A stretch of 64,000 nt of DNA from Octopus sinensis (lineage: Eukaryota), in the NCBI RefSeq assembly GCF_006345805.1, contig NC_042997.1:9362001-9426000 (forward strand), read 5' to 3'. This document shows, piece after piece, positions 24,548 to 37,014 of the stretch (position 1 is its first letter; each line of letters begins with the position of its first letter). The position numbers and the translations under genes were made by a program. Under the pieces are notes generated by a model, which was not told where the DNA came from, made no database searches, and saw only the letters and a program-made list of their open reading frames with translations.

Positions 24548-24849
24548 ATTGGCACTCAATCAGTTATGATGACGAGGGTATCTGTTGATCCAATCAACAA
24601 GAATAGCCTGCTTGTGAAATTATTGTGCAAGTGGCTGAGCACAGTTCACAGATAGATTCAGCATGACACAAAATGTAGCAAGGTTGACCCTTTGAAATAC
24701 AGGTACTACTCACTTTTGCCAGCTGAGTGGACTGGAGCACTGTGAAATAAAGTGTCTTGCTGAAGGACACTACACCCCACCAGGAATTGACCTCATGACC
24801 TTGTGCTCATGAGCTGAATACTCTAACCACTAAGCCATGCTTTTTCACA
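24548..24849 (-). mobile_element. SINE family C
   Basis: GCCAGCTGAGTGGACTGGAGC..GTGTCTTGCT..CTAACCACTAAGCCATG. Confidence 0.82.
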
Positions 24850-24890
24850 CACACACATACACGCATACAAAAAGGCTTCTTTCAGTTTCT

Positions 24891-25107
24891 TATTGCCCAC
24901 AAGGGCTAAACATAGAGGGGACAAACGAGGACAGACAAAGGGATTAAGTCGATTGCATCGATACCAGTGTGTAACTGGTACTTTATCGACCCCTAAAGAA
25001 TGAAAGGCAAAGTTGACCTTGGCAGAATTTGAATTCAGAACGTAACGGCAGACGAAATACAGCTAAGCATTTCGCCAGGCGTGCTAACGTTTCTGCCAGC
25101 TTGCTGC
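24891..25107 (-). mobile_element. SINE family A nested inside a family B head (about 24871-25255)
   Basis: TSD CTTCTTTCAGTTTCT at 24876-24890 and 25108-25122. Confidence 0.9.
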
Positions 25108-26422
25108 CTTCTTTCAGTTTCTGCCAACAAAATCCACTCATAAAGCTTTGATTGCCCTGCGGTTATAGAACATACTTACACAAGCTGTCACATAGTAGAA
25201 CTGAACCCAGAACTACGTGGTTGTGAAGTGAACTTCCTAACTACCCAGTATTGCCTGCAAACTTTGCTTTTAATACCTGTCTAGTTATATCCACTTACAT
25301 ATATGCAAATAGTAACAGCCTATTTAAACACCAAAACTTCAGTTATATAATCACATCTCAAACAGAAAGTATTTGATAATACTATTACACAAGGAAACAG
25401 AAATTTTGCTACAGGGAAACAAATAGATGTTCCTGGGTAATTTTGGTATGTGATTTCAAATCCGTATTTAGAATTTTTCTGTTATGAACAGATTTTGTGA
25501 AATTAAATTCTAGGTAGTTTGTGCATACATTAAAATCAATATAGTCTAGCTTCTTTCATGTGACAAGGTGGACATATCACATGACATGTCCTAATTACTT
25601 TTCAGAATGTAATTACATTCTAATTATTTTGTGCATACTTTAAAGCCAATAGATACATACGTACATACATACAAGCAATTAATTCAAGTAATTGAGGAAA
25701 GAAGTGAAGATACATACATATATGCATACATACATGCATACATATACTAGTAGTCGTAGTAGTAGTAGAGTAACAGCAGCAGTAGTAGTGGCAGCAGCAG
25801 CAACAGTAGTAGTAGTAGTATTAGTAGTGGCAACAGCAGCAGTAGTAGTAGCAGTAATAGTAGCAGCAGTAGTTGAAGCAGTAGTATTTATACATTTAGC
25901 ACCGATCAGTTTATAAGTTAAACAGATCACTGTCCAAAGATTATTCTCAAGACCTCACCATGCTATCCTTTTATGTAATGTAGCAGTCCTTTGTTTATCC
26001 CACTGTGTACTTTTCCTGTGGTTCTAGTGAGAGATAAAAACGGGATTTGGCTGCCTTTTCAGACACTTCCAATGGCAGTTCCTAGTTCTCAGTGACAGTT
26101 GCAGATGGTTATACATCATATCCCTTCAGTGGAGCAATCTTTTAGAAGCACTCAATGAGGTAATGCATAAGTACAGAAGAATGACATAGTCCTGAAAGGA
26201 TAACTTCAATGACTTCACTCTTCTTACCTCACAAACTTTTACATACATGTGTGTGTATTTGTATATGTGTGTGTGTGCATGCATGTATATGTGTTTGTGT
26301 ATGTGCTGTATGTGTACAAGCCATTGTATTGCTTTTTTTATCCTTTTTTTTTCATTTCTCTCTTTTTCACTTCTATTCCCTTTATCTCCTCTCCTCTCCA
26401 CCAGCACACTATGACAGGAATC

Positions 26423-26464
<42 letters not shown>

Positions 26465-26468
<4 letters not shown>

Positions 26469-26893
26469 ATATGTTACATTACACGATAGTCAAGATAAAA
26501 CTCTGAGTTTCAGATGCCAAAGTGGGAATCCACGACGCCATCTCTTCGGTTATCTGGCTATCTAAATAGATATATACAATTGCGAAGTTGAGACAAATAT
26601 CACCAGCTGACCGGTGTCTGCTACTCTAGGCTGATGAAGGACAACGATCCTGAAACACGTGTCCCTAGATACAGCTTCGGCAGCTGGGGGTGTTTGTCTC
26701 CCCTTCGTAAATGTATATAAGGACACAGGGAAAATGTGTCAAAGCCATCAGGAGGCGTTCGATGCTTCCTAGAGCTATACAGCGGTGGTGTACCCCCTAC
26801 TGTCACGTTCTTGTTAGATTGACAGTATACAACCATTCTATCGCCCCACCACCGTACATGTCTCTATGAGAGATTTAGAAATTCAATATTTCT

Positions 26894-26894
<1 letters not shown>
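26465..26894 (+). mobile_element. ~430-bp non-coding hammerhead-bearing element between (TA)n tracts (Penelope-LTR-like or retrozyme-like)
   Basis: Flanked by (TA)n at about 26428-26463 and 26895-26918, and contains the 149-nt rod with a hammerhead. The element identity is inferred. Confidence 0.55.
26625..26669 (+). ncRNA. Type I minimal hammerhead ribozyme motif, complete core
   Basis: Stem I TCTAGG/CCTAGA; core CTGATGA (26631-26637); stem II AGGA-CAACGA-TCCT; GAAA (26652-26655); stem III with palindrome ACACGTGT; GTC triplet with predicted cleavage after C26663. Confidence 0.85.
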
Positions 26895-26952
<58 letters not shown>

Positions 26953-27789
26953 ATATATATATATACTTATGTATGTATGTATGTATGTATGTCTCTTCTA
27001 TTTTTTTAATTATTATAATCTTCCACTGAGCAGGGAGTTGGTTTCCAATAAAGATACAAAGCTCCGTGTTTGGGATGTAGTTAACACTGACAAATTTACA
27101 CTTGGAACTTGAGAAAAGTCTTGCATGTTTTTTCTGTTCCACCCACAGATCACACTTGTAATGTACAAATTAACTGATCGATTTCTCTTTCTGAAAATCC
27201 CAGTTTGTCCTGATTCTCCTTTAAGCATTTACTAACAAAACCTAGTATGTATGTATGTATGTATGTATGTATGTATGAAGATTAGTTATGGAATTCATTG
27301 GAATCAAGGTATATCAACATTTCGGATACCAAGAATGGCTGGGTACTTAGAATTGAGCTCACAATATTTAAAGCAACTCTTACTTGTTGTATGTTAGTAG
27401 TATACTGTAAGTATGTATATATATATATATACACACATATCTATTTATATGGTAGTGAGTGGATGGGTCATTTTCTGTTTCTATCTTCCTGTTTATGTGC
27501 TTAAAATTTACTTCATGATGGTAGGTTTTTGCTATAAAGAAATCAAAGAATGCATCAATAAAATGCTGTTGAAACAGCTACTGTGATGTTTGAACCCCAC
27601 TTGTGTTCTTTTATATACATACATATGTACATACATACATATATACATACATATATACATACATATATACATACGTATATGCATGTGTGTTTTTTAAGTT
27701 CCATCATTACCTTCAAAACTAAATTGAAGATTCCATGCTCCCATAGGCAAAATTTTGAGTAACATGAGACTGATGCAACCATTATATAT

Positions 27790-28025
27790 CATCTTCATCA
27801 TCATCATTTAATGTCCGTTGTCCATGCTGGCATGAGTTGGAAATATTTTGATTGGGTTGGCATGCTGGAAGGTTGCACCAGACTCCAGTATGATTTGGCA
27901 TAGTTTTCTACAGCTGGATGCCCTTCTACAGCTGGATGCCAACCACTCTGAGAGTGTAGTGGGTGCTTTTACATGCCACTGGCACATGTGCCATTTACGT
28001 GACATGGAGGTGCATTTACATGCAC
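27790..28025 (-). mobile_element. 5'-truncated RTE 3' UTR copy
   Basis: (CAT)n TTTAATGTCCGTTGTCCATGCTGGCATG..GGATGCC..GCTTTTACATGCCAC. Confidence 0.8.
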
Positions 28026-28139
28026 CTATTTCAGTTCAATGTGACCTTTGCCAGTTCAATCTATTTACAAAACGATGCACATGCCTTAATTATTTCTTCC
28101 TTTTTCATTTTCCTGAATGCTCACTTGATTGAAGGATTC

Positions 28140-28712
28140 AGTAAAGACACACAGTTGTGATAAGTTGCGTTGGATATTGCTCAGATCCAATAGCCAAAAC
28201 TCATAGGGATTTAAATCTGATGAGCTAGAGGGCCAGATATCTTTAGGGACAAACATGGGCAATTCCTTCTGCAAAAATTCTTGCACTCTTTTCAAAGTAT
28301 GGACTGTTGCAGAGTTCTGAACAAACATGACTCAACTTGCATCATAATGCTTCCTAATCCAAGGCAACATAATTCTAAGATTTTGAAATACTCTGCTGTG
28401 TTGATTTTAAAAACCATTTCAATAAAATGTGGAGGCATCAATTTTCCATCACTAGCAACAACTCCAAAGACCATAATGGAAGCTGGATTCCTCAATCTTG
28501 AGCAAACTTTACCATTGATTTTGATGGGTTCGACAATCAATCTTTAAGACACAAAGTGTGCATTTTCAGTCACTACAGGGACTGTGAGGCTTTCTCCAAA
28601 CATCCCAACTTTTCTTCAAATTGGCTACAACTCTAAAACAGTAGATTTGGCATACTTTGTGGCTCCAACAATCTCCTCAGCACTTTTGCCAGTGCACAAT
28701 AATTCAGCAATT
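28140..28712 (-). pseudogene. maT/DD37D-like transposase fragment (second subfamily)
   Basis: PASIMVFGVVASDGKLMPPHF and QNSATVHTLKRVQEFL..WPSSSSDLNPYEFW. Confidence 0.8.
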
Positions 28713-28730
28713 ACAAATCTATAGTTTATT

Positions 28731-29113
28731 TACTCTTTTACTTGTTTCAGTCATTTGACTGTGGCCATGCTGGAGCACCGCCTTTAGTCGATCAAATTGA
28801 CCCCGGGACTTATTCTTTGTAAGCCCAGTACTTATTCTATCGGTCTCTTTTGCCGCACCGCTAAGTGATGGGGACATAAACACACCAGCATCGGTTGTCA
28901 AGCAATGCTAGGGGGACAAACACAGACACACAACCCCCCCACACACACATATATATATACATATATACAACGGGCTTCTTTCAGTTTCCGTCTACCAAAT
29001 CCACTCACAAGGCATTGGTTGGCCCGAGGCTATAGTAGAAGACACTTGCCCAACGTGCCACGCAGTGGGACTGAACCCGGAACCATGTGGTTGGTTAGCA
29101 AGCTACTTACCAC
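28731..29113 (-). mobile_element. SINE family B
   Basis: Matches 16156-16582, with a slightly truncated head. Confidence 0.9.
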
Positions 29114-29186
29114 ACGTTTATTAACATTCCTAGTTTGTTCAATCTGAAATACAAAATAGTACAAGTGATTATTCAAGTTGGTCATA

Positions 29187-31439
29187 TAGGGTTTTGCAGT
29201 CATTTCTATACGTTTGTTATTCAGTTCAATAATCAGGTCATTCAAAGTTACGAAAAAATTAGCACTATAAATTTAGTCATTCAAATTCGTTTTTCGATCA
29301 TTCAATTTTGCACTTTGGTCAAAGAATTTAGCCTTTACATCATTCAAATTAAAATGCCTGTCAAGAACTTTCGAATTAGTCAGAGTGTGAGAAAGTATCC
29401 TTTTGGGGCATTCAAATTCACACATGAGCATTTAGGTTTGGAATAAGTCTATTCAATTTAGTGCTAAGTTTACATGTGTGTTTTTTACTCACATTCTTAG
29501 AAGTGAATGTTAAAAAAGACAAATTTAAAAGACATGTTTTGTTATGCAAATTTTATTGTTATTATAGCTACAGGGAAGAAATAAATTACGTGGTTCTTCT
29601 GCCCATGAAAGTCATTTTCATTGCAACATTCATAACCGGTTGGTATCAGTTGCATTTTATGTCCCTTTGTCTTACAACATCTTGTAATCATCGAACCAAA
29701 TGTAAGGTGCATGTGTATATGAGATAAAGATAGGGCAAGGCTGGTTGATGCCTTCAAGAGGCATCAAACTGATTATCTGCAACTGGCAGACACACCAGGT
29801 ATTAAAAAAAGTGCAGTCCAGTCCATAGTAGCAATCTACCTACAATCCAGGAGGTGCCACAAGTTGCTCAGTGGTGGTGTCCACCATGATAAGGATGAGG
29901 AAATGTGAGTCAGGCTTTAGGTGATCATTGATGCCGACCCACTCGCAAACCTTCAACATATGAAGTGGGACCTAGAGGTAGCATTTCCCAGAAAGCTGCC
30001 TGTTTCTATATCTGTAATCTCATGGGCTCTAGATGAGATGTTGATAACTATGAAGTTGGCTGAAGACATTCCAAATGCAAGAAATACCCCAAGAACTCTG
30101 GAAAAGTATTATGAGTACACGCATTGGTTCATGGAAGATGGAGTTATCAGCCATTGTATATTCATTGATGAATGTAGGTACAACATTTGGACCAGGCAGT
30201 CTTTTGGATGATTCCCTTGAAGTGATGATCCTGTTCGCTGAGTTGTCAACAGTCAGTGTGGGAAAAACTGCAACATCACTTTTGTAATGTCAGGAGAAAT
30301 TGGCCTGGTTCACCACTCTATTGCAAACGATACTGTTACATGAAATTCTTTTGACGAGTTCTTGGTGGAAGCAGTTTGAGTATATGCCAACACCTTCCCA
30401 TCAGCTGAATCCATCTACTTGATCTACTTGATCTGCATACAGCCACATGTTTATACCAAACTCCCAGCTGATGCCAGCCTACAGATCAGTTTGAAACTCT
30501 TTACTCCCTATTTGCCATTTCTTAACTGTATGGAAATGGCACATGCTGCCTTTAAGGTAGCTGTCAAGTGGGACCTTGCTCGAGCTAAGTTGCAGCAAAG
30601 GTTGACGACTGGGCAACTGCAGAAGAAGCTGGCATGACCATGGAAGAAGAGCAAGCACATACCATACAAGTCATAAAGTGTAACATCGATGCTGTCACTT
30701 CATTGGTATAAACCCCCCCAGACCTACCTACCGAAATGCCTAGACTGCCAGGAAATAGATAGCTAAATCCTCTTAAATGAACTCTCCTTATCAAGACTGG
30801 AAATCAATAATTATCTTAAGTGTACACAGCACCCTTTTCCTGATGAAAGAAAAAATGCAAAATTAAAGAAATATATACTTTTCTCAACACGACATATTAT
30901 GCAAAGGAAGAACAAATATCACAGCATAATGTATTCAAAATGAAAGCAAATGAGCATTTGTTGTAATTGTTTCTTTAAAAAAATCATAAAGGCTGGAATG
31001 CGATTTCATGAAGTCTTTAGCAATAAACACATGTACCCATGCAAAAATAAAAGAATACATAGAAAAGACATGAGCACAATAGAGAGATTAAAGCATAAGC
31101 ATTGGATAAAAACACATGATTATGATAACAATGACCATGAGATATAACCAAAACAGCTATTGTGCTAATTTGATTGCTCAAAGTGTTAAACAGATTGCTC
31201 CAAAATAAATTTGAATGGTCAGAAAGATGCTTCCTTGCATTCTGACTAATTTGAATGCTCTTGACAGGCATTTTAATTTGAATGATGTAAATGCTAAATT
31301 CTTTGACCGAAGTGTCAAATTGAATGATCACAAAATGAATTTGAATGACTAACTTCATGTCGTTAATTTTTATCGTGACTTTGAATAACCTGATTACCAA
31401 ATTGAATGACAAACATACAAAAATGACTGCAAAAACCTA
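29187..31439 (+). mobile_element. IS630-Tc1-mariner element with ~230-bp internally repetitive TIRs; DDE transposase remnant at about 29725-30790
   Basis: TA|TAGG(G/T)TTTTGCAGTCATT at both ends. Long inverted arms at about 29187-29420 and 31205-31439. Remnant motifs CIFIDECRYNIWT and PYLPFLNCMEMAH (YSPFLNPIE-like). Confidence 0.82.
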
Positions 31440-31521
31440 TATTTTAAATTTAGACACCAACAAAATCTATACAATTACAAATATACCCATTTGAAATTTG
31501 TCCCAATTTACCTGTTACACT

Positions 31522-31556
<35 letters not shown>

Positions 31557-31745
31557 GGGAGAGTTTACGAAAAAAACAAAAGACGAAGACAGGTGGTGTA
31601 CAAAACAAACAGATGTATTAGTATAATACTCAGGAATAGAAAAAGTCTTTTACGTTTCAAGCCTACACTCTTCTACAGAAAGGGACACAGAAAAAAAAAG
31701 GAGAGAAAAAAATGTGTGTAGTGGCTAACGATCTATCATGGTGAC
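31557..31745 (-). mobile_element. Short microsatellite-embedded element with a decayed minimal hammerhead (31647-31682)
   Basis: The minus strand reads CTTT-CTGTAGA-A-GAGT-GTAG-GCTT-GAAA-CG-TA-AAAG, with the core mutated at A6. Confidence 0.5.
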
Positions 31746-32202
31746 TATATACATAGAGAGAGAGAGAGAGAGAGAGATACAGAAAGTATGGGGATTTAGT
31801 TCATAGTGATCTAAACGATTAGGTATGCTAAGTAAGGTGCTGTAATGGATTACTAGGGCTTCAAGGTTATAGCCAAAATGGTAGTTATGGAGCCATTGCA
31901 GATTTCTGATGCAGCAGATTTATACTTGTTAAAGAAGACAACAAACATTAAACATTATAAGTATTACATGTGTGTGTGTGTGTGTGTGTATGATTGTATG
32001 CATGTATGTATATATGAATGTATGTATATCTATATCTATCTATATATACATACATACATACATATATATTTCTGTGTGAGTTAGAGGTTGAGAAACCAAC
32101 TAAGGGATAGTACCTATCCAATATACTGCTGGTAGTGTACCCAATTATTCACAATTATTCATAGTCAAGTGCTAGTTATTGTATGGCAATCTTGCAATTG
32201 AG

Positions 32203-32360
32203 TATTATATCTGGGTGGGGGTAAGAGAGTGATTTACTCATGATTTATATGTTTTCTTATTTGCCGTTTATATATATATATATATATATATATAAACGGC
32301 AAATAAGAAAACATATAAATCATGAGTAAATCACTCTCTTACCCCCACCCAGATATAATA
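32203..32360. repeat. Perfect 158-bp palindrome centred on a (TA)n tract
   Basis: Every position i pairs with 64563-i over 32203-32360. CCCAGATATAATA is then repeated directly (32348-32373). Confidence 0.92.
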
Positions 32361-32365
32361 CCCAG

Positions 32366-32397
<32 letters not shown>

Positions 32398-32809
32398 CTA
32401 ATATTAAGGGATCAGCAAAGGAATGCATCACCACATACCGAAGTTCAGAAATAGCAGCCAAAATTTAAGCCATATCTTCTACTTAAAAAAGTCTACTAGA
32501 GAAACCATAATACTTGAATCTTATTCATCCAGGCAGAGGGTAAAGTAACGAAAATCAATCAATATCCGATTATATATATATATGTACATTCATATACATA
32601 TATGCATGAACATAGTGTTTGGGCTACATTTGACAATCTTTTATGTCTCTTTTTTTAGGAACTGCTTCTTGTATTGGTGAACAGTCAAAAGGTGTTAGAG
32701 AATATAAAGATTAAAGATGTAGCTAAAAAAAAGTTAGCTGACAAGGTGGACTGTAGAAGCCAATTGAGTATTGGAAAAAAATTGCCATATAATGATGATT
32801 TGTGATTGG

Positions 32810-33745
32810 TGTCAAAATGCCAACATTATGACTGCTGCCTGCTCAATGCTCTGCGAACACTGTAAAGGCTGTAATGGACAGCTGCAACAGAGACCATAAA
32901 GCCATAGCCAGTAGGAAGGGACACAGCAGGTATTCTGACAGTGTCCACATGCTGGAATGCAGAACAGGATGATGGAGCTTGGGAATCCAGGCTTTGGTGA
33001 AAGAGATAGGCGTTGGAGTTGCCACCATGAAGTTGGCCTTTAATGAGAACTTTCACTACCACTTGTATAATAAATGCAAGGGACAATGTCTGCCTGTCAA
33101 AGTAAAAAAAAAAACTGCTTGATGAAGACGAGGAAGCTCCTGAACAAGCTGAGGCTTTCTGTTCAGCCAGGGATGATCTGGTTCTTCTCAGATGATAAGA
33201 ATTTCTGCGAGGACCAGTTGCACAATATTCAGGACAACAGGTGGCTTGTCTACAATTCATGCGATGACCAACGTATCATGAAAACCAGATTTCCCAATCT
33301 GTCATGGTGTTTGAGTGAAGATAACATCATGCCATCTCATATCATTGAACAGGGCTTCAAGTTCAATTCGGGCAGCTATGTGAAGCTGCTGGGGACTATG
33401 ATCAAATTCTAGCTGTTGAGGGTTGCTGATGGAAAGCCAAATGTGAAGCAGCAGGATTTGGTTCCTTGCTATACTTCCGGAAAGGGTCAGATGCAGTTGT
33501 CATTAAATTTTTACAACTTTACCAGCCATAACATCTGGCATCTTTACTCCCCTGATTGCGATCTCATGAATTACTATGTGAGGGATTCAGTTGAAAAACA
33601 TAATAAACACTTTACCTGATCTAAGAGGTGTTTGAATATCTTCCTCAGAACGCAATGTGGAACACATGTTCCAATTTCTAGAGCCATCATGAGGCCATGA
33701 TGGAAACTGAGTACAGTTATTTTGAGCAGACTGTTATCTCCTAAC
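32810..33745 (+). pseudogene. Decayed maT/DD37D-like transposase (third subfamily); TIRs not identified
   Basis: KLLNKLR..MIWFFSDDKNFCEDQ..NRWL and KQQDLVPCYTS..IWHLYSPDCDLMNYY. Confidence 0.8.
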
Positions 33746-34214
33746 CATAATGCAGTTGATATTTTTTGATTTTTAAATCATGTATTTTTGAAATACTTAA
33801 TTTTTTTAAGGGTATATTATTTTTCCTTTCATTTTTATGCAAACTGTCAAATTTAGCCCAAACACCAGCAATTAATGGGTACCAGTTGCTAGGATTGTGT
33901 TTCTTATGTAAAATTTGTATATTCACTAATGTTACACTGCTATATTCAGTGGCTATTTAAGCAATGTTTTTGTAAATGGTTAATGGGTTAGATGCAGTGC
34001 AGAAGAAGGAGCAAGGTCTCTGGAAATAGGCATATTCACCCATTACCTATACACCCATTATTTATTTTTCTTCAATCACATTTGTAGATGTATTTGTATA
34101 CAAAATATAACTTTCAGTACTGGCAATGATTTCTAAAAAAAGTGATTTAATCACACTGCTAACATAGATGGGGCACAATATTGGTTTTTAAGCCTTTAAT
34201 ATACCAGAAAGTAT

Positions 34215-34841
34215 ATAATGATTTCATAATGAAATACGGTATCCCTACTAGCAATTAGCGATGAGGTGGTCAAGCATAACCCTTGAACGTAGGGCCTCAC
34301 AGAGGCAATAACGAAAGACTGAGATCTCTGGAGATATATGGTGTAACTGTGAAGACCCGACAAATAACGTGAGTTCATTGCTGTTTCCTGCACCAGCTTC
34401 ACATAGCAGCCCCAGTCCATCCAAAGTACCTTGGATCACAGGACAGCCTGCTGTGCTTACCTTGGATTGTAGGGCGATCTGCTGTGCCTGATGAGACTTA
34501 TTGAGTCAAGTACATCAACATCATAAAAATCAAAATCAAATGGATATTGTAGTTGTGATATCTGTGCTAGTGGCACGTAAAATGCACCGTCTGCCAGCGC
34601 TGCCTTGACTGGCTTCTGTGCTGGTGGCACGTAAAAAGCACCAACTGATTGTGGCCACTGCTAGCCTCCCCTGATACCTGTGCCAGTGGCACATAAAAAG
34701 CAGCCACTACACTCACGGAGTGGTTGGTGTTAGGAAGGGCATCCAGCTGTAGAAACACTGCTAGATCAGACTGGTGCCTGGTGCAGCCTTCCATGCTATC
34801 ATGGAAAACAGACATTAAACGATGATGATGATGATGATGAT
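34215..34841 (+). mobile_element. Decayed RTE 3' end: ORF end, complete 3' UTR and (GAT)n tail
   Basis: GGGCCTCACAGAGGCAATAACG..GAAGACCCGAC..GTGAG aligns with the ORF end at 4380-4457 and continues to ACATTAAAC(GAT)n. Confidence 0.8.
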
Positions 34842-36854
34842 ATACCAATTGCCAGAAATGCATTTATTACATAAAACTGATATATCCTGTTGTGTTACAC
34901 TATTATATTTGATAGTCATTTAAGCAATATATTCATGGATATAATGCTGAGGAGAGAGCAAGAACTCCTGAAATATGTATATACACCTATTACCTATTTT
35001 CCTATATTTGATCACATTGTTTACATAGATGCATTTGACAGAACATGGAATCATCTCAAGAAACTCAAAATTTAGTCCTTTAAAACATTGTCATGACCCC
35101 TATATCATTTGTATGATGTGAAAAATATTTGAACTTTATTACCAAAATGATGTTAGCATCAACTTTAAAATTCCCCCAAGGCTTGGTTCCCATGCCATCT
35201 GTCCTCTATGAAAATGATGCTCACATCACTTCAAAACACAGGTGCTAGTTATGCAACACCAGTAGCAGCCACACACACACACACTATATATATATATATA
35301 CATGTGTGTGTGCGTATTTAAAATATATCTGCAACTATTCAACAAGTTCTTGTGTTAAAGATTTTCAGAAATTACTCTTTTCTAGAGGTACAACATATAA
35401 ATATTTGAAAATATTATTAAAAACTAACAAAAATACATATAAAATATATGATGGTGGTGATTGCGGTGATATATGTATATGTGTGTGAGTATATATATAT
35501 ATATATATATCCACATGTACACGTGCACACATATATGCATATATACTGTGTATTCTCCTCTATATATGTATATACATACATATATCGTGTGTGAGACTGT
35601 TTCTGGCTTTGCAAGTTTATTGCATTGCTTCTTAAATTACTTATGTAAATAGCATCTCATTAATCATGGCTAGAAGTCTGAGATTTCACATCTTTTCAAG
35701 TTTACTTGACTTTCATTATTCTTCAGGTGTATTGAGTAATAGCAAATCACAGTTTTAGAGATGATACATAAAATCAAAGGAATATTATCGTCTATGAAGC
35801 AGTAGATCTAAAATTGAATGAAACCGAGAAATAAATATAAAATTAACTTAGTCTCAATTATAAACAAGCAGCCCAAAGATTTTCAAATATGGAAATTGAA
35901 ATTAAAATATCATCTGGACAAAAATAGATCTTCAATAAGTTGTTATTTTCCTTGTTTACATGGATCTGGTCAGTCCCAATCAACTAGACCTAAGGCCTGT
36001 AGTTTGCTTTTATTGTTGTGGTCTTTGTTGTTTACGCACATATCAGTTCTAACTGAGCAGGCCTTTGCTCGCAGATATTTTGATGGTTAGAATTCTATCA
36101 TTTTAGGGCTATGTAAGACTATATTATCTAAATTCTCCTTCAATACAGAAGTAGCCAAATCGCTTTTAAATCTCAAGGTGTGATTCAAAAGAGATTTGGC
36201 TTTTATGTTGAGCAGATCAAGTGACCACATTGATCAAAAGACTTAAAGCTGCAGATATCTCACATCTCTGTCATGTTAAAGACCTCACTGTTCCCTCTAA
36301 CAAGTGATGACCTATTGTACAATAAGTAGTTTTAGTAGAATAGTCTCTCTCTATAGTTTGTTTATGTATGACTGTAGTTTCTTGTGGTGACTACAGCAAT
36401 GACAGATAAAATGGATTCGGTTTTAGTATTTTTTATTTGCTGGGTCTGGGGCAAGTGACATTACTCACAGCCTTTACATGTGCTGTGAGACTAGTGAGAT
36501 CGATGGTATTAATATTCTTCTTAAACCATTGCAAGCCAAACCATGTGGAAAAGATATGAGGGCAGAAAGGAGGTTCCACAGGTTAAAGAAGGATTGGATG
36601 TGCTGGTCAGAGTAGATAGGTTTGACATGACATGAATTCAGGCAAATAAAAGAAGCAGAGGTCATTATAGTAGTGATAGATAAAGCATGCAGAGATGTGG
36701 CCCTAGGCTGGAGTGTGTATGTGAGTGCCAGTGTGCCAGTCAATTGGGTAGCCTTTTCTGGATCCTGTGTAGGATTCTGTGTGTGGAGTAGCAGCACTTT
36801 CATAGATGGAAGAGTAATATTCCATTGTGGGAGTTGACAAAATATACCAAGCCT

Positions 36855-37014
36855 GGGCTTCTTTCAGTTTCATTCTTCTAAATCCACTCACAAGGCTTTG
36901 GTTATCCTAGGACTGGAGCAGAAGACATTTACCCAAGGTGCCACATAATGGGACTGAACCTGAAACTATGTGGTTGGGATGTAAACTTCTTAATCACACA
37001 GTCATGCTTGCGCC
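36855..37014 (-). mobile_element. SINE family B head only
   Basis: GGGCTTCTTTCAGTTT..AAATCCACTCACAAGGC..GGGACTGAACC. Confidence 0.8.

Noticed and set aside
34488-34515. CTGATGA-GAC-TTATTGA-GTC hairpin in the RTE 3' UTR
   Set aside because: It is followed by AAGT rather than GAAA, and there is no stem III or stem I.
36474-36830. Non-repetitive, GC-richer stretch with short ORFs
   Set aside because: It has stops in all plausible frames and no recognisable motif. It may be an old TE remnant.
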